A DNA stretch of 64,000 bases from a virus. The position numbers and the translations under genes were made by a program. The stretch spans positions 1 through 64,000 of IMG/VR virus record IMGVR_UViG_3300017743_000002; one strand, 5' to 3'. A model generated the notes under the pieces. The model was given only the letters and a program-made list of their open reading frames with translations, was not told the DNA's origin and searched no databases. This document shows, one piece after another, positions 54,492 to 62,957 of the stretch; positions within the stretch are counted from its first letter, which is position 1; each line of letters opens with the position of its first letter.

Positions 54492-54496
54492 TTTTA

Positions 54497-54904
54497 TTAC
54501 CATGCTTTACAACTCCAATACCTAGCTTTGTGTCTTGGTCCCGGCGTATCACAATTGTGTCTAGCTCTAAAAGCTTTTCTTCTTGATGGAATATCTTTCT
54601 GAATCTGCATTGTCTTTTCACCTGCTTTTTTAGCCGATGTTCCACCATGTCCGAAGTTTACCTTTACAACATTTCCTTTTGGATTTTTAACATATACTTT
54701 AAACTTTTTAACATCTCCCCTCATAGGTTTGTTTAGTTTAACGTTTCTACCCTGATATTCAGCTTCGTTGATATCTTCTTTTACATCTTTTAGAAAGCTA
54801 ACAAACTCCTTTAAATCATAATAATTTTCTACATCGTATTCTTCGATGTTTTCATCTAAAACTGATTTAAATTCTTTGTAAAGTTCTTCCGAATAATTTT
54901 CCAT
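54497..54904 (-). CDS. Small phage protein with acidic leader and basic domain (VKVNFG...RRKAFRARHNC...ARYWSC)
   Basis: Acidic N-terminus ending DINE, then a basic domain of a type recurring in T4-like phages; own TATTTATA motif. Confidence 0.7.
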   Translation of the reverse strand: MENYSEELYKEFKSVLDENIEEYDVENYYDLKEFVSFLKDVKEDINEAEYQGRNVKLNKPMRGDVKKFKVYVKNPKGNVVKVNFGHGGTSAKKAGEKTMQIQKDIPSRRKAFRARHNCDTPGPRHKARYWSCKAW

Positions 54905-54932
54905 GCTTAATTCCTATAATTAACCTATACTA

Positions 54933-54940
54933 TATAAATA
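54933..54940 (-). promoter_or_regulatory. Candidate late promoter TATTTATA
   Basis: Intergenic, 28 nt upstream of ATG 54904. Confidence 0.6.
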
Positions 54941-54953
54941 TAAAATTTTTATT

Positions 54954-56537
54954 TTATAACCATTTAGTTAAATCTTCAACATCATCACCAACATTCATTT
55001 GCCAAGGATTTTCCTCATTATCATTACCACCATATATCCCACTATAAGTATGAGATGAGATACCATCAATCGCTCTTTTAGTTAAATCGATACCTTCCTG
55101 TCTTAATCGCAAAGCAGTATCTCTAACCCACAACGAAATTGCTAAACTCATTGTTAAATCATCATTATAACCCCTCATAGCTTCAGCTCTACCATGCATC
55201 CATATAAATGTGAATAATTCATCAATAGTTCTAACTGAACGTATTATAATTGATTTCTCTCTAACATACTCTTCTAACTTAGAAATAATCAAAGGTCTAG
55301 TTCTTGAAGTAGTTGAAAATCCAGCTACCATACTTTTATCTTGAGAACGATATCTATTTGAGTGTTGATGTTCTATATCTACATATTTTAAATCCTTACT
55401 CATGTAATATAAGTTAGGATAATTTCTATCAATAACTTGTTGAATAGTTGCCCAACCGATATTTGCGTTTTCAATAACCAACAATGCGTTGTTATATTCA
55501 GTTGATAGAGATACTAAGAAATTACCAAAATCTTTGGTATCTAACTTACCTCTATATTCAGCTACTTGTTCCGATGCTTCAACATCAATAACGTGAGCAG
55601 CAGAGTAATCCGAAGAATCACCTCTAGCAACATCCGCTACAACTATATAAGTTTTTGTATAATCAGGAAATTGCCATTTCCATAAGTTTCCGTCAAAACC
55701 ACCCCTTTCAACTGGTTCTTGTACATAAGTTTCTTTGTAAAATTGAAGTATTTGTGGGTCAATAACCGAATCACCAGAAGATACAAAATCACAATCACAT
55801 TCTTGTGCTGCTCCTTTTGGTCCTAATAGAGTTTCTTGCTCATCTCTCCAACTTTGGTCTCTTTCGGGATGAACACTCCAATGTAATCTAATATTATTAA
55901 ATCCATTTGTACCATCTTCAGAACCTACCCAAGTTTTGTGAAAGAAGTTACCTACACCATTTGGAGTAGATAAAATAATTGCATTACCACCCGTTGATAA
56001 TGTAGATTGAGCCGATACCCAAATCTCTTCAATCTTATCAATGAATGCCGCTTCATCAAATACCAAAAGGGATAATGCTTCAGAACGTCCAGCATCTCCA
56101 GCAGCTGAAGTTGCTTTTATTTGGGAACCATTTGAATATCTTAAAGATAGTTTGTTATCTTCAACTGTTGTTAGTTTTAACCAAGATGGTAGATAGTGAT
56201 TCATTACCCTAACCTTAGTTACTAAGTTCTTTGCTACTTCTTGCTTTGTTGCAATTACCAAACAATTAAAATCATCATTGAATAACATTTTCCACAAAGA
56301 AAATCCTGCAGTTAATGTTGATATACCAGTTTGTCTGGATTTAAGAATAACATTATATCTATGATTTTTAAAATCAACTAATGTTTCTTCTTGAAAAGGA
56401 TATAAGTGAAAAGGAATCTTACCCCTAACAGGATGTTGAATCATACAATACTTTCGCATGAAGTAAATAGGGTCAGATGCACACTTTTTGTACTCTACCG
56501 CTATAATTTCTTTTAATGATGCCTTTTTTTTAGCCAA
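54954..56537 (-). CDS. gp17: Terminase large subunit, T4 gp17-like (TTG start)
   Basis: Walker A KSRQTGIST, Walker B LLVFDEAAF, coupling motif STPNG, RNase H-like ADVARG...DDLTMS. Confidence 0.96.
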   Translation of the reverse strand: MAKKKASLKEIIAVEYKKCASDPIYFMRKYCMIQHPVRGKIPFHLYPFQEETLVDFKNHRYNVILKSRQTGISTLTAGFSLWKMLFNDDFNCLVIATKQEVAKNLVTKVRVMNHYLPSWLKLTTVEDNKLSLRYSNGSQIKATSAAGDAGRSEALSLLVFDEAAFIDKIEEIWVSAQSTLSTGGNAIILSTPNGVGNFFHKTWVGSEDGTNGFNNIRLHWSVHPERDQSWRDEQETLLGPKGAAQECDCDFVSSGDSVIDPQILQFYKETYVQEPVERGGFDGNLWKWQFPDYTKTYIVVADVARGDSSDYSAAHVIDVEASEQVAEYRGKLDTKDFGNFLVSLSTEYNNALLVIENANIGWATIQQVIDRNYPNLYYMSKDLKYVDIEHQHSNRYRSQDKSMVAGFSTTSRTRPLIISKLEEYVREKSIIIRSVRTIDELFTFIWMHGRAEAMRGYNDDLTMSLAISLWVRDTALRLRQEGIDLTKRAIDGISSHTYSGIYGGNDNEENPWQMNVGDDVEDLTKWL

Positions 56538-56544
56538 ACTAAAT

Positions 56545-57228
56545 TTATTTTTTTCCTATCTTCCAATACATACCACCAGTAATAAATGGTGCTAATTGTG
56601 AGGTATTAGAGTTATTCTGAATACCTAAACCTAATTGAAATAAATTATTCTTTTTATTTTTTAGGATTAACCCAGCTCCAACATTACTGATTATATCTTC
56701 TTTGTTGAAACCACCATTTAATCCCCAATAAAATTCATTCTTTGGTAATTCTTTCACAATCGTTGTATTATAAACAGTTGGTATCTTAAAAAACCAATCT
56801 ATTTCTCTAGATTCAATTGAGTTTTGTGAAATGACATCAGTTAGAATACCAAAGCCTAAATCTCCATTTGGTTTGTTACCTAATGAATCAGTAACTACAT
56901 CTGGGAAATCATATGTTAAATTTAATGTATCTTTAACTGTTACTTTTGAAAAGTAATCTTTGATAATTGCAAGTGAATCTACATCTACTGGTATCTCCAC
57001 TTCTTTAATTACTTCTTTTGTAATATACTTTGGTACATACTTTGTTACCTTAACTTCTTTTTCTACATATATGGTATCTGTTTTTTGTTCTAACAGTTCG
57101 TAATCTTTACCATCTACGTTTATTATTTCTTTTTCTTCTTCTTCACCACCACAACTTCTTAATAACAATACCACACATAGTATCATTATCATTATTGTTT
57201 TTAAATCAAATTTCTTTAACAAGTTCAT
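56545..57228 (-). CDS. Membrane or lipoprotein with C-terminal amphipathic beta strands; spanin-like lysis candidate
   Basis: Hydrophobic N-terminus ending LLLRSC; C-terminus FYWGLNGG..VGAGLIL..FQLGLG..PFITGGMYWKI. Confidence 0.5.
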   Translation of the reverse strand: MNLLKKFDLKTIMIMILCVVLLLRSCGGEEEEKEIINVDGKDYELLEQKTDTIYVEKEVKVTKYVPKYITKEVIKEVEIPVDVDSLAIIKDYFSKVTVKDTLNLTYDFPDVVTDSLGNKPNGDLGFGILTDVISQNSIESREIDWFFKIPTVYNTTIVKELPKNEFYWGLNGGFNKEDIISNVGAGLILKNKKNNLFQLGLGIQNNSNTSQLAPFITGGMYWKIGKK

Positions 57229-57877
57229 AATTCATAGGTTTTAACTTTTCGTAGGCAGCATTTCTTTTTTCTATAACATCGATAAGTTCTTTTCTACCAT
57301 TATCAATATCAGCTTCTATTTGTTTTTTTAGATTTTGAACATCTTCGTTTGATGACCACTTTTCAATAGAACCATCATCATTTACATATTTATGAATATT
57401 AGTAACTTCATTTAATGCTTGGTTCCATTTTTCTAAAACATCGGTTCCATATGCTGCCATATTAGAGTATATCTTATAATCCTCATACTCTTTCCATAAT
57501 CCATCGACTTTTATTTGCGTTTCTCTTTCAGCTAAACAAGTTGCACAAAATCCAGTTTTATTTATTAATTTTTTATCTGCGGCTGAATACTTTTTGTTTT
57601 TGCTATCATCTCCCTTACACTTAGTTTGTTCTGCTAAGTATTTTCTTACTTTACTAAGTTCATTAGATAATTTAGATTGTTTTACCTTACCATATGATTT
57701 TTGCTCATAAACAACACCATTTTCTTCCCAAATATCACCAACTTCTCGTTTTGTTGTTTCTTTGATATCCGATAAAGATATTTGACTATCTTTTTGGTAT
57801 TCACCGGTTTGAATCATATTTACCAACTTTCTACGAGTTGGGTGCATATATTTTTTATTGAATTTTTTCTCAGCCAT
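57206..57877 (-). CDS. Hypothetical protein (223 aa) with a CxxC motif
   Basis: 'REVGDIWEENG' and 'TGFCATC'; overlaps the next gene by 23 nt; upstream TACTTATA motif. Confidence 0.7.
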   Translation of the reverse strand: MAEKKFNKKYMHPTRRKLVNMIQTGEYQKDSQISLSDIKETTKREVGDIWEENGVVYEQKSYGKVKQSKLSNELSKVRKYLAEQTKCKGDDSKNKKYSAADKKLINKTGFCATCLAERETQIKVDGLWKEYEDYKIYSNMAAYGTDVLEKWNQALNEVTNIHKYVNDDGSIEKWSSNEDVQNLKKQIEADIDNGRKELIDVIEKRNAAYEKLKPMNYELVKEI

Positions 57878-57902
57878 ATTTTGTAACTTATATATTCATA
57901 TA

Positions 57903-57910
57903 TATAAGTA
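57903..57910 (-). promoter_or_regulatory. Candidate late promoter variant TACTTATA
   Basis: Intergenic, 25 nt upstream of ATG 57877. Confidence 0.5.
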
Positions 57911-57922
57911 TTGGGTTTTTTA

Positions 57923-60900
57923 CTATTCGTAAAATAAACCGAGTATTTGATTAAGGGGTGCAAATGTTCCTGTTAGTTTGAAAGTCTTTCCACCATATAC
58001 AAATACGATTCCTTCGTTTGGAACTATTTTATTCTTTCCTCCGATAGAAGTTAATCTTTCCAATTCTAATTTTAGTTTTTTTACTTTCTTAACATCACCT
58101 AATTTTTGAACATCTTTTATTGTCTTGTCCAATCTTTTTTTCATATCCCTAACTGCCTTATCAGGATTTACAGTTAGTGCTGAACTCATAAATGAAAGTA
58201 CTTCAGCCCCTAAACCTAAGAAGATATTTTCAAATGGTCTTATATTATCCTTAGCCATCTTAGCGTGGTCATTCTTATCAATTCCCTTTGCCCATTCTAA
58301 TGTTTTTTCATCAGATAAATTTTTCTTATCCAATCTAAATGATTTATCGTAGAATGCCCATCTCTTAACTAACCCCATTAGAGTTTTGTTATCTAATTTA
58401 GATGGTGATTTCTTATTTACAAAATCCATCCAAAAAGCTTGATGGTAATCAGCGATTCCATCATTATCTTTTAATTTAAATTTCTTTTGTAATTTTGATA
58501 TTTGTGAATTATACTTTCCTTTAGTTGATGAAAGATTTTTTGATTTTGGTAATTGAACAACTGGTGGTCCTTGAATCGTATATGCTGATTGGACTTGTTG
58601 ATTAACTTGTTTAATCATACCAGCTAATATTCTTGCGGCGTCTTGGTTTTCACCAATAGCAACACCATCTTCATTATACTCCATTGTTCCGTGGAATACT
58701 AATAGTGCTTGTCCGTAAGGTATTACATTAACAGAAGTTGGATAGATTACCTCCAAATTCATAAAACATGCTCCTCCTTTGAAAATCTTATCTCTCTGCT
58801 TTTCACTCAACTTAGATATTGCCTTCGTTAAATCTTTCATTGCGAAGTTATACGCCTTTTCCAATTCTCCTCTTCCAGCAAACTTCACAGCCACCCCATT
58901 AATATCTAATGCACCTTCTCCTTTGTTTTTCAAATGTCCTTTATTTCTCGCTGCAACCAATCTCCCATCTCTCCAACTAACTGCCAATGCTTGTCCATCT
59001 GTTTTTTCTCTAGTGAGTTCTAAATTACCCTCTAAAGCTTTTTGTACTATATCTTTTAATTGTCCAAAAGTTAAATTGATTTCTGTATCGAATGGGTGAT
59101 TCATATGTCCATAAGCACCTCCTTCCAAAATCAATGATTCAGTAATACCACCACCTAATGCGTATGGTTCATTATACTGAAGTTTTTCTTTATCAAATTT
59201 CTTTCTTAGTTTTTTGATTTCTTTTTCATGTTTATCCATCCACTTTTGGTCTGGATATCCATGCCCTAATCCTTCTTTAACTCTTTTATCCTTTATTAAC
59301 ATCTTTAATAATTCACCACCCTTACCTTTGATATCTTTATGTACCATTCTTGAAGTTGGGCCTTGAAATAATTTGATGTAAAGTTTTTCTAAGTATTCAC
59401 CCTTTTGTTTATCTGATAGATTCTTAAATACTTTACTTATTTCTCCTCTTCTTTTGTAAACATATGATTTTAAATCATCATAGTAAAAGGAGTTGATTTT
59501 TTCAGTTACAGGTTCATAACCTTTTTTCTTAGTATTTTTATCGTTTGCTTGATGACCGGGGCTTTTACCATCATCATCAAAATCAATTGTATCTGGCTCA
59601 GCCATTGAACCTCTCTTTGCATATGATGAATATGTATGGTGGTCATTGAAATCCTTTTCAGCTTCTGAAGAAGGTTTACCACTTTTTACAGCTTTAAACT
59701 TATCAGTAACTTTAGTTGGTAATGATTCAAATTTATATTCTGGGTCTGATGTTTTAAAATCATCCTTTCTCATTATGGTTTTAGCGATTACTTTATTCGC
59801 TTGTTTCATAAATGGAATATTGATTTTACTTCTACTATCTTTTGCTACAATCTGTCCATATAAATCTAAGAAGTTTACAAAATCTTTTTTCTTCTTTCCT
59901 AATCTTTTAAAGAATCCAATTAATTCAGCTTGTGATATTTCTTTTTTATTTCTTGGGTCAGTTAACCTATCGAAGAAATGTTTATCAGTTAGAACTATAT
60001 CTACTGGATTAAGTTGTTTATCAGCATACTTATCAATCTTCACCAAATCAGCCATTGGGATTTCATTAACAGTACCTTCTTTAACAATTCTAAAGTTTAC
60101 TACCTTTCTACCATTTATAGTTGGCATCCCATGCTCATCTTTACCAATTGTTTTGATGATTGTTTTTTTGTTTTTAAATCTACCAGTTAGAATTGTATCT
60201 CCTATTTTTACTGGAAGTTTTATATCTTCACTTACCACATTACCTTGTGGTTTCTTTTCGTTAGATAAATCTTTAGTTGATTGTTTTTTATCATCCTTTA
60301 ATTCATCAAAATTTATTATAGAATACCCTACCAATCCAGCAATTCTAGTTACATGTCTAAACCATTTATTATAAGCATCAGTACCATAAAAATCCTTTTG
60401 GTTAGTTGCGGTTGTTTTACCAGCAACACCTGCGGGATATGGAGTTACTGCTTTTACAGGTCCTTCAGGATAAATTGGATGTGGGTCTATATCAGTAAGT
60501 TCATCACTCATAATTTGTGATAAAACAGTATATCCTACCGCCTCTGCTCTTTTCTTAGAAACTCTATCGAATGTATTATAATTTGGAAAAATATAATTAG
60601 GTCCATCATCAACTGCAGTTTTACCCATAGTGGCTGATGCCTCCTTAATTAAATCATTTCCATAACTAATTAACCAATTTTCTAATACTTCTTTTGAAAT
60701 AGTAAAATCTTCGTTTAATGTATTTGTTATAAAATCAAATATCTTTTTATCAAACTTTGGATATGCTCTTTTTGTAAAAAAGTTTTTCTTATCTTCTTCT
60801 GAACCTGATGATAATCCCTTACGAACTTCAGTTCCACTTACACCACCAGCACCTTCAGGTGCTACATAAACGTATCCCTTATCTTCATATCCTTCGAAAT

Positions 60901-61312
60901 CTAAGTTATCTTTGTAAGGGGTAAAGAACTTACCTCTACTACCTAATCTACCAGCATCTTTCTTACCCACAACAGTAATGAATGCAGTTGTATCTTTATC
61001 AAACTTCGTTAGTACCTCAGTTGGTACATACGGATTTTTTACTTGAACAATTTTGTTTTTTGGAATCCCAAACATTTTGGTAATAATCATTACCTTTTCT
61101 TTGAAGTTGAATGGGGATTTATTATTATCGGTTTTATTGGATGTACCGATATACACATTATTCTTTCCGAACTTTTTTACTAAGTGGGAATAGGTTGCGT
61201 AATGACCTTTATGAAAAGGTTGAAAGCGGCCAGCATAGACTACAACTTTGTTGTCTACACCCTCCGCTTCTCCTAAAATACTTTCTATTAAGAATTGAGA
61301 TAATTCGTTCAT
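57923..61312 (-). CDS. Multidomain protein: N-terminal HxGH (cytidylyltransferase-like) domain, small central modules, C-terminal KxDG ligase-like (DUF6267-like) domain
   Basis: 'YAGRFQPFHKGH...SGTEVRK', 'EGGAYGHMNHPFD', 'EKTDGQAL', 'NLEVIY' and 'EGIVF...KLTG.F'. Confidence 0.75.
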   Translation of the reverse strand: MNELSQFLIESILGEAEGVDNKVVVYAGRFQPFHKGHYATYSHLVKKFGKNNVYIGTSNKTDNNKSPFNFKEKVMIITKMFGIPKNKIVQVKNPYVPTEVLTKFDKDTTAFITVVGKKDAGRLGSRGKFFTPYKDNLDFEGYEDKGYVYVAPEGAGGVSGTEVRKGLSSGSEEDKKNFFTKRAYPKFDKKIFDFITNTLNEDFTISKEVLENWLISYGNDLIKEASATMGKTAVDDGPNYIFPNYNTFDRVSKKRAEAVGYTVLSQIMSDELTDIDPHPIYPEGPVKAVTPYPAGVAGKTTATNQKDFYGTDAYNKWFRHVTRIAGLVGYSIINFDELKDDKKQSTKDLSNEKKPQGNVVSEDIKLPVKIGDTILTGRFKNKKTIIKTIGKDEHGMPTINGRKVVNFRIVKEGTVNEIPMADLVKIDKYADKQLNPVDIVLTDKHFFDRLTDPRNKKEISQAELIGFFKRLGKKKKDFVNFLDLYGQIVAKDSRSKINIPFMKQANKVIAKTIMRKDDFKTSDPEYKFESLPTKVTDKFKAVKSGKPSSEAEKDFNDHHTYSSYAKRGSMAEPDTIDFDDDGKSPGHQANDKNTKKKGYEPVTEKINSFYYDDLKSYVYKRRGEISKVFKNLSDKQKGEYLEKLYIKLFQGPTSRMVHKDIKGKGGELLKMLIKDKRVKEGLGHGYPDQKWMDKHEKEIKKLRKKFDKEKLQYNEPYALGGGITESLILEGGAYGHMNHPFDTEINLTFGQLKDIVQKALEGNLELTREKTDGQALAVSWRDGRLVAARNKGHLKNKGEGALDINGVAVKFAGRGELEKAYNFAMKDLTKAISKLSEKQRDKIFKGGACFMNLEVIYPTSVNVIPYGQALLVFHGTMEYNEDGVAIGENQDAARILAGMIKQVNQQVQSAYTIQGPPVVQLPKSKNLSSTKGKYNSQISKLQKKFKLKDNDGIADYHQAFWMDFVNKKSPSKLDNKTLMGLVKRWAFYDKSFRLDKKNLSDEKTLEWAKGIDKNDHAKMAKDNIRPFENIFLGLGAEVLSFMSSALTVNPDKAVRDMKKRLDKTIKDVQKLGDVKKVKKLKLELERLTSIGGKNKIVPNEGIVFVYGGKTFKLTGTFAPLNQILGLFYE

Positions 61313-61340
61313 CTGATATAGTACTATTTCCTTTGTACTA

Positions 61341-61348
61341 TATAAATA
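61341..61348 (-). promoter_or_regulatory. Candidate late promoter TATTTATA
   Basis: Intergenic, 28 nt upstream of ATG 61312. Confidence 0.6.
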
Positions 61349-61370
61349 TAGAATTTATTACTTTTACCAA

Positions 61371-61775
61371 TTATACTTTAACAAATGGAGAATCTACAAC
61401 TTCGCCACCGTCAACGCCGTTGTTTCCACCTCGTCCACCTTGTTGTGCCTGTTGTTCCATTTGTTCTTTAATAGCTGGGTTATAAGTAACTGTACCCTTT
61501 TCTAAATCTAATTGACCTCTTGGGTAATCTCTTTCTAACTTATTCAACTCTTTTCTAAGCTCAGCGTTAACTTCTTTGAAGTTAGTTTCAGCTTGAGTGA
61601 ATGCCTCATCAATTCTTTCTAAATCAGAATGTAATTGATTTTTTCTAATATGCAACTCACCAATTTGACCCATTAGTTGTTGTAACTGTCCATTATATCC
61701 TTTGATTTCTTTGACCTTATCTTCTGATAATTCAGCCGTTCTTAAATCAATCGATGTTTTTTGTTCTTTTGCCAT
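61371..61775 (-). CDS. Small coiled-coil protein (134 aa)
   Basis: Heptad-rich helix followed by 'YPRGQLDLEKG.V'; own TATTTATA motif. Confidence 0.7.
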   Translation of the reverse strand: MAKEQKTSIDLRTAELSEDKVKEIKGYNGQLQQLMGQIGELHIRKNQLHSDLERIDEAFTQAETNFKEVNAELRKELNKLERDYPRGQLDLEKGTVTYNPAIKEQMEQQAQQGGRGGNNGVDGGEVVDSPFVKV

Positions 61776-61811
61776 ATGACTATAAATTAATTAATTTGTT
61801 TTGAATTCGTA

Positions 61812-61819
61812 TATAAATA
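61812..61819 (-). promoter_or_regulatory. Candidate late promoter TATTTATA
   Basis: Intergenic, 36 nt upstream of ATG 61775. Confidence 0.6.
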
Positions 61820-61825
61820 TATAAA

Positions 61826-62581
61826 TTATAAGTTTTCGTAATCTATTGTTGTAACACCTCTCTTTTGTACTACTTGTGCTGAACAACGATTTCCGAACTG
61901 TATTGATTTTGGAATATCATCAGTATCTAATAACATTTTAACAAACCCTGCTACAAATGTATCACCAGCTCCTGAGATATCCATTATCTCTACTTTTTCG
62001 GTTGGATATGATATACCTTTGTACATACATCCATCCTTATCTAATGTAATTATTAGCTTTTCTAAAATCCAATCGTTTTTTTCAATAAATTCTTTATTAT
62101 TTTCAAACTCTGAACGATTTAGTTTTATGAATCGTAAATCCTTACACCAATTACCCAATTGCTTCTTTGTATCACAAATTACATTTGGATGTTTGAATCC
62201 GATATATGCTATATCTTCTTCGGTTAGGAATCCCTTATTGTAATCAGAAACTACAATCATTTGGTATTCCCAATAATCTATATCGGTAAGTAGTTTGTTA
62301 CCTATCCTATCGATATTTTTTTCTTCATCAATTCTTAATAATAAAGTGTTTGATGATTCGTGAATATGTCTTGTCTTTGTAATGGGAGATTTTTGATGAT
62401 GAAAATCCACATCAATACTCAATGATGTTAAGTTAGCTAATACATTCATTCCCATTCCACCATTGAAAACTTCTCTTTTTGGAATAAATACAGGAGCAGG
62501 TCCTTCGGGTGAAAGACGGGGTGTATCTCCATAAATGAAGATATCATCACATTGTTCTCCTATTAATAAAACTTTACTCAT
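61826..62581 (-). CDS. hldA: Heptose-7-phosphate kinase (HldE domain I / HldA, PfkB family)
   Basis: 'IG....D.FIYG...RLSPEGPAPV', 'TKTR', 'SDYNKG' and PfkB motif 'DISGAGDTF'. Confidence 0.9.
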   Translation of the reverse strand: MSKVLLIGEQCDDIFIYGDTPRLSPEGPAPVFIPKREVFNGGMGMNVLANLTSLSIDVDFHHQKSPITKTRHIHESSNTLLLRIDEEKNIDRIGNKLLTDIDYWEYQMIVVSDYNKGFLTEEDIAYIGFKHPNVICDTKKQLGNWCKDLRFIKLNRSEFENNKEFIEKNDWILEKLIITLDKDGCMYKGISYPTEKVEIMDISGAGDTFVAGFVKMLLDTDDIPKSIQFGNRCSAQVVQKRGVTTIDYENL

Positions 62582-62957
62582 CTAATAATCCAGTTGTTGA
62601 GAATCCTTCTACTTTAGGGAAGTATTCTATTTTCTTAGCATGTTTTCTACCAATAATACCTTTCGTTTTGTATTCTTCTCCAATTACAAAAATATCTGGT
62701 TGGTATTCTTTTATAGCATCAGATAATTCTTTATCGGTATCAAATACCACAATACCATTAACTCCATTAATTTGAAGTAGATTATATATTCTTTGTTTTT
62801 CATTATGAAAAGGTCTATTATCTCCCTTTGATTCTTTTACTCTTCTATCAGAATCAATTCCTATCATTAATTTTTCTCCCAATGATTTTGCATGTGCAAT
62901 TAATTGAAAGTGTCCGTGATGAAGAACATCGAAACAACCATTAATCCAAATCTTCAT
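62574..62957 (-). CDS. hldC: Heptose-1-phosphate adenylyltransferase (HldE domain II / HldC)
   Basis: 'NGCFDVLHHGH', 'GIDSD..V...KG..RPF', 'PD.FV.G.EY' and 'GFSTT'. Confidence 0.9.
   Translation of the reverse strand: MKIWINGCFDVLHHGHFQLIAHAKSLGEKLMIGIDSDRRVKESKGDNRPFHNEKQRIYNLLQINGVNGIVVFDTDKELSDAIKEYQPDIFVIGEEYKTKGIIGRKHAKKIEYFPKVEGFSTTGLLDE

Noticed and set aside
58125-61485. Plus-strand ORFs of 75-242 aa opposite the 1129-aa gene (and similar ones opposite head genes)
   Set aside because: Antisense to well-supported genes; their F/L/S-rich composition mirrors the K/E/D codons of the real strand.
61784-61797. 14-bp palindrome AAATTAATTAATTT (and GATAATTATC at 10051-10060)
   Set aside because: Nearly pure A/T palindromes are expected by chance in these spacers, and the two sites share no consensus.
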